Origin: an uncultured Nitrospiraceae bacterium
GTDB taxonomy: Bacteria > Nitrospirota > Thermodesulfovibrionia > Thermodesulfovibrionales > Dissulfurispiraceae
Assembly: GCA_963705105.1 (NCBI GenBank)
Contig: CAVPIW010000005.1
Location: 32,001-96,000 of the forward strand
Length of the DNA: 64,000 nt
Direction: 5' to 3'
In this document: piece by piece, positions 59,560 through 64,000 of the stretch
Position numbering within the stretch: position 1 is the first letter of the stretch
How the letters are laid out: every line of letters begins with the position of its first letter
The notes under the pieces: generated by a model
What the model was told of the DNA's origin: nothing
Database searches by the model: none
The model's input: the letters and a program-made list of their open reading frames with translations, nothing else
Position numbers and translations under genes: made by a program

Positions 59560-60516
59560 CAATACTGACTGCCCCGGTCAGAGTGGTGTATCAGCTCTGC
59601 AGGAGGACGTTTCGCCCAGATCGCTCGTAACAACGATTCCCTGACAAGGTTCTGTGTTATCCTCTCCCCCATCGCATACCCCACAATCTCTCCCGCAAAA
59701 AGGTCCTTATGCGCTGCAAGATATAGCCACCCTTCCTCCGTCGGGATATACGTGATGTCGCTGACCCACACGCGGCCCGGTGCCGTCGCCTCAAAGTCTT
59801 GCTGTAGCAGATTGTCCGCCACAGGTAACGTATGCCGCGAGTCCGTTGTGACCTTGAACCGCCGCTTTTGTTTGCACCGTATCCCCAATTTCCTGCGTAT
59901 CCTCTTGATTCGGCTCACTCCTGCTTTCACCCCGTGGGCTGCCAAATCCTTCTGCAGACGCTCCGGACCATACGTCCCTCGTGTGCGCTCGTGTGCCGCC
60001 TGTATCTCGACCTCCAACCGCGCCTCCTCTTTGGCATGGGCGGACGCGGGCCGACTGACCCAGGCAAAATAACCGCTCGCCGATACATCAAAAACACGGC
60101 TCATAAACGGGATCGGATACTCGAGTCGCAATTCATTCATCATCGCGTACCTGGCTGCGACTCCCTCGCAAAGTACGCGGCCGCTTTTTTTAACAGGTCC
60201 CGCTCCATCCTCGTCTCTATAAGCTCTTTCTTGACTCTTGCCAGTTCCATCTCTATCTCGGTGAGGGGCCGATAGTTCTTGCCGATGTCCTTGAGTTTGC
60301 CGGCCTTATACGCCTTGACCCAGTTGCCCAACGTAGATGGCGGCAACGACAACCGATGGGCCACTTCAGGTAATGACATGCCTGTCTCCACAATCATCTT
60401 CACTGCTTCCTCTCGAAATTCCTTCGTGTACCGTCCTTGCGGAATCCCTTTCATTCTGACACCTCCGTCTTTCTTAGTTTACCGACTTTGGTGTCCACTT
60501 TTTCCATCCTACCTCA
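59560..60516 (-). mobile_element. IS3-family partial copy B (orfA 60140..60454 intact, orfB truncated)
   Basis: Matches copy A but orfB breaks after RGSQYC, abutting the end of copy A. Confidence 0.9.
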
Positions 60517-60664
60517 AGAATTATTACATGAAAGCATTGGCTCTGATTAATGGTGAGTATAAGAAATACATTTAACCCCTAAATAACTATCCCCCCTTAT
60601 TTTCTTTAAACAACCTGCTTTATCATTCGTGCCTTCCAGTATGCCCTTTGAATAAAATCAAGGC

Positions 60665-60961
60665 ATGATAAAGAACAACGAGCAATCGGAAAAGCTCTAC
60701 ACAACTTTAGATGCTTACCAAGCCGGATTCTTAACCCTCAGAGGATTTATCCCCAAGCTTATTGACCAAAACAGGAAGATCGTCTTTGTCTTCATCCAGT
60801 CAGACGACCTTTTAAGAGAACTTTCCGAATATAACTCGGGTGCAATTGTTGAAGCATCCAAGTTCGCATTTGCAGTAAAGACTTTAAAGAGCCAGATCCA
60901 TTCAATGAGAAGGGGAAAAGAAGAAGTCAATGCGAGCGAAAAATACAAAAAGTTGGATTAA
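60665..60961 (+). CDS. DUF5659-like phage protein
   Basis: T.D.Y.AGFL..G...F.F...Y...F..K.LK pattern. Confidence 0.65.
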   Translation: MIKNNEQSEKLYTTLDAYQAGFLTLRGFIPKLIDQNRKIVFVFIQSDDLLRELSEYNSGAIVEASKFAFAVKTLKSQIHSMRRGKEEVNASEKYKKLD

Positions 60962-61774
60962 AGGTGGCTTCGTTGCTATTACCTTTGAACTGATGGACAG
61001 TAAGGCATTCAGAGTCATGAATGCATCGGCCTTGAAGGCGTTTATTTTCTGCATGAGAAAGGTAAAAATTGACGATCCTATCGACAGGTGTTGGGGCCGA
61101 GAAAAAAGAGCCATATCTGGCGGACCAAAACAGTCGACATAAAGGAGCCGAATATGGCGAAATATGGTTGCCATCTCCCAGCATCTGGTGATCATCGCTA
61201 TTTGCCTTCCTACAGCTCACATTTTTATAGTGCCTTCATGATAAAATGTGCTGCCATGCCTGATGAAGAATCGATATCGTCGAGACAGTGGCAGCTTCGG
61301 CCGTCATCATTGATTGGTTCATCATTAATGGATATTTCTACCCTTCCAAGGGATCTTCTATCGACAGAGAGTGTGACGCTTCATTAGAATGAGCATTCTT
61401 TTCCCGGTGGTCACTGCCGTTTCAAGGGCAGTTTTGCAGCTATACTTTCATGCTGTAAAGGGAACCATTCTCGCCATATACGGTTCCTCCATCGCCGGAT
61501 TCGGTTCCTTTCCCGCGGCGCTAACAACAGGTTCAAATACCATTTCTCTCTTACATATCCAGAGGCGAAGAAACAGGGACTAACAGACTCTACTTTTTAC
61601 CGTGGAATGAAACAACTCCAGGAGTTGGGTTTTATTGATTGCGTGATGAAAGGCGGACTTGATAACGGCATAAAAAAGCCGACGATTTATCGATTATCTC
61701 AGAGATGGAAAGATTATGGGACTCAAGACTTCAAGAAACTGCATGACGGATATTGTGAGAAAGTACATGGCTAA
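60930..61774 (+). pseudogene. wHTH replication/regulator-like phage gene interrupted by the 438-bp MITE
   Basis: Removing the MITE and one TSD restores ...DPIDR-FKYHFSLTY...QLQELGFID...IYRLSQRW...VHG*. Confidence 0.85.
61089..61526. mobile_element. 438-bp non-autonomous IS21-like element (MITE), copy 2
   Basis: Same sequence as 53492-53929; TSD ACAGG (61084-88 / 61527-31). Confidence 0.9.
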
Positions 61775-61990
61775 GGCTCGCTCTTTTTGCATCAGCCAAA
61801 ATGAAAGTGATTTCACTTCCAGAAGAGAAGTGATTACAGAGGCACAAGAAATAATCACTGTCAAAACGAATGTGATTTTCACCCTCTTTCTTAAACTTCT
61901 GACTTCCAAAAAGAAAGACTTATCTATATTTAGCCAGACCATATATGTTTTTAGATCATGCATTTCTAAATCAGGTGGAGGTATCTGATC

Positions 61991-63618
61991 ATGCAAAAAC
62001 TGGGGTCGGTTGTCAATAGTGGACACGAAACCTCTCATGCTGCCTGTGCATTCATATGGTATGCTTTTTCAAAAGCAGCAGGTGAAAGATACCCAAGTCT
62101 TGCCTGCCGCCGCTGCCGATTGTAGAACACCTCGATATACTCGGTGATCTCCCGAATCGCCTCCTGCCTCGTCTTATACCGCCTGTGATGCACAAGTTCA
62201 CTTTTCAACACTCCCCAGAAACTCTCCATCGGCGCGTTGTCATAGCAGTTGCCCGTCCCGCTCATTGAGGCATTCATCTTCAAGTGTTTCAGCAGCTTCC
62301 TGTAGTCATGCGCACAATACTGACTGCCCCGGTCAGAGTGGTGTATCAGCTCTGCAGGAGGACGTTTCGCCCAGATCGCTCGTAACAACGATTCCCTGAC
62401 AAGGTTCTGTGTTATCCTCTCCCCCATCGCATACCCCACAATCTCTCCCGCAAAAAGGTCCTTATGCGCTGCAAGATATAGCCACCCTTCCTCCGTCGGG
62501 ATATACGTGATGTCGCTGACCCACACGCGGCCCGGTGCCGTCGCCTCAAAGTCTTGCTGTAGCAGATTGTCCGCCACAGGTAACGTATGCCGCGAGTCCG
62601 TTGTGACCTTGAACCGCCGCTTTTGTTTGCACCGTATCCCCAATTTCCTGCGTATCCTCTTGATTCGGCTCACTCCTGCTTTCACCCCGTGGGCTGCCAA
62701 ATCCTTCTGCAGACGCTCCGGACCATACGTCCCTCGTGTGCGCTCGTGTGCCGCCTGTATCTCGACCTCCAACCGCGCCTCCTCTTTGGCATGGGCGGAC
62801 GCGGGCCGACTGACCCAGGCAAAATAACCGCTCGCCGATACATCAAAAACACGGCTCATAAACGGGATCGGATACTCGAGTCGCAATTCATTCATCATCG
62901 CGTACCTGGCTGCGACTCCCTCGCAAAGTACGCGGCCGCTTTTTTTAACAGGTCCCGCTCCATCCTCGTCTCTATAAGCTCTTTCTTGACTCTTGCCAGT
63001 TCCATCTCTATCTCGGTGAGGGGCCGATAGTTCTTGCCGATGTCCTTGAGTTTGCCGGCCTTATACGCCTTGACCCAGTTGCCCAACGTAGATGGCGGCA
63101 ACGACAACCGATGGGCCACTTCAGGTAATGACATGCCTGTCTCCACAATCATCTTCACTGCTTCCTCTCGAAATTCCTTCGTGTACCGTCCTTGCGGAAT
63201 CCCTTTCATTCTGACACCTCCGTCTTTCTTAGTTTACCGACTTTGGTGTCCACTTTTTCCATCCTACCTCAAACCTACTCCATTAAAAGCAATCCGTTCA
63301 AGGTGTGTTGCCTGTTCGGGGTTTGAGTTGAAGAGAGTAAGAGAGTGTCCTTTTGACGGCATAGAAGAAAAATTCTGCCCGCTCTACCCTCTCAGAATGG
63401 GTAAGGGGTGCAGAGCAACCCTGAAACAAATCAGGGCCTATTGTCTCTGGTGTTGCCTGGATCAGAAGCATGAGGTGAGATTATGCCCTGCTGTATCGTG
63501 TCCATTACGGGAATACAGGTTTGGCAATCGTCCCAAGAAATGCGTTCCATCGCCCGAAATCTCGACGACAGACGGCATTTCAGAGGAGAACGCACCGACT
63601 TTGATAGATAGATCATGA
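61991..63618 (+). pseudogene. Cys-rich phage-type protein interrupted by IS3 copy C
   Basis: Restores to MQKPTPLKAIRSRCVAC...CPLYPLRMG...IRAYCLWC...CPLREYRFG; RBS GGAGGT. Confidence 0.82.
62001..63271 (-). mobile_element. IS3-family element, complete copy C (1271 bp)
   Basis: 3-bp TSD AAC (61998-62000 / 63272-74); orfB 62035..62898, orfA 62895..63209. Confidence 0.94.
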
Positions 63619-63632
63619 CGGGAGGTGGATTA

Positions 63633-63911
63633 ATGAAAATAGGGGCCGTTCAGAAAAACTCACAGGAAGAAATAAGGGTCACAATCCAAAACTATCAGGG
63701 CACGGATATTATCGATCTGAGAACCTACTGGCAGAATGCGGAAGGCGATTTGATACCAACGAAGAAGGGGATTTCCTTGACCTACCACGTTGTTGAGGAT
63801 GTTATTAAGCTTCTGCAGAAGGCTTTCAAGAAGATGCCGGAACCCGCAGTCGTGACCGACGATGAAAACCTCTCGATGAATGACATTCTCGGAATGCTGA
63901 ACCGGCTGTGA
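63633..63911 (+). CDS. PC4/YdbC-family ssDNA-binding protein
   Basis: EEIRV...Y.G...IDLR.Y...G...PTKKGISL; RBS GGAGGT. Confidence 0.88.
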   Translation: MKIGAVQKNSQEEIRVTIQNYQGTDIIDLRTYWQNAEGDLIPTKKGISLTYHVVEDVIKLLQKAFKKMPEPAVVTDDENLSMNDILGMLNRL

Positions 63912-64000
63912 ATATTCTTATATTCTTTTTTGGACGCAGCCACGGTTACCGGTAATGGTGATGACTGAAATATACGGCATGGATATAACCATGAAATTCA

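Larger units (their letters stand above)
54014..64000. mobile_element. AT-rich tRNA-integrated phage/satellite-like element (continues beyond window)
   Basis: Sharp composition shift at the tRNA fragment; orphan cargo genes then small phage-like genes. Confidence 0.75.

Overview
GC-rich chromosomal segment, probably from an anaerobic Nitrospirota/Thermodesulfovibrionia-like or deltaproteobacterial-type organism (inferred from gene content only). 1-43.9 kb is mostly core genome: nuoABC, trpC, arsC, rpsF-ssb-rpsR, nadD, proA, hisI, der, split class I fumarate hydratase, ugd, three sigma-54 two-component pairs, a porin-like gene, alpha-2-macroglobulin/pbpC and a CapA-family gene. Its intergenic spaces hold several families of nested palindromic repeats (REP/MITE-like). 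43.9-53.9 kb is a defence-type island with an AEP-primase/SF2 helicase fusion, four intact type II toxin-antitoxin pairs, several decayed ones and an archaeal-type ATPase. At 53,968-54,013 a tRNA-Ala(GGC) 3' fragment marks the att end of an AT-rich phage/satellite-like element that runs off the window and carries IS3 copies. Most notable: (1) nuoB has an in-frame TGA at the first Cys of the N2-cluster tandem-Cys motif, followed by a SECIS-like hairpin (candidate selenocysteine complex I subunit); (2) two near-identical IS110/IS1111-type elements sit at the same dinucleotide of a REP palindrome, and their 3' non-coding region carries target- and donor-matching segments in bridge-RNA order; (3) a NYN nuclease gene has a promoter, two hairpins and a terminator ahead of it, resembling an RNA-antitoxin layout; (4) two identical-looking copies of a 438-bp IS21-like MITE, each with its own 5-bp TSD; (5) a dispersed mosaic inverted-repeat family.
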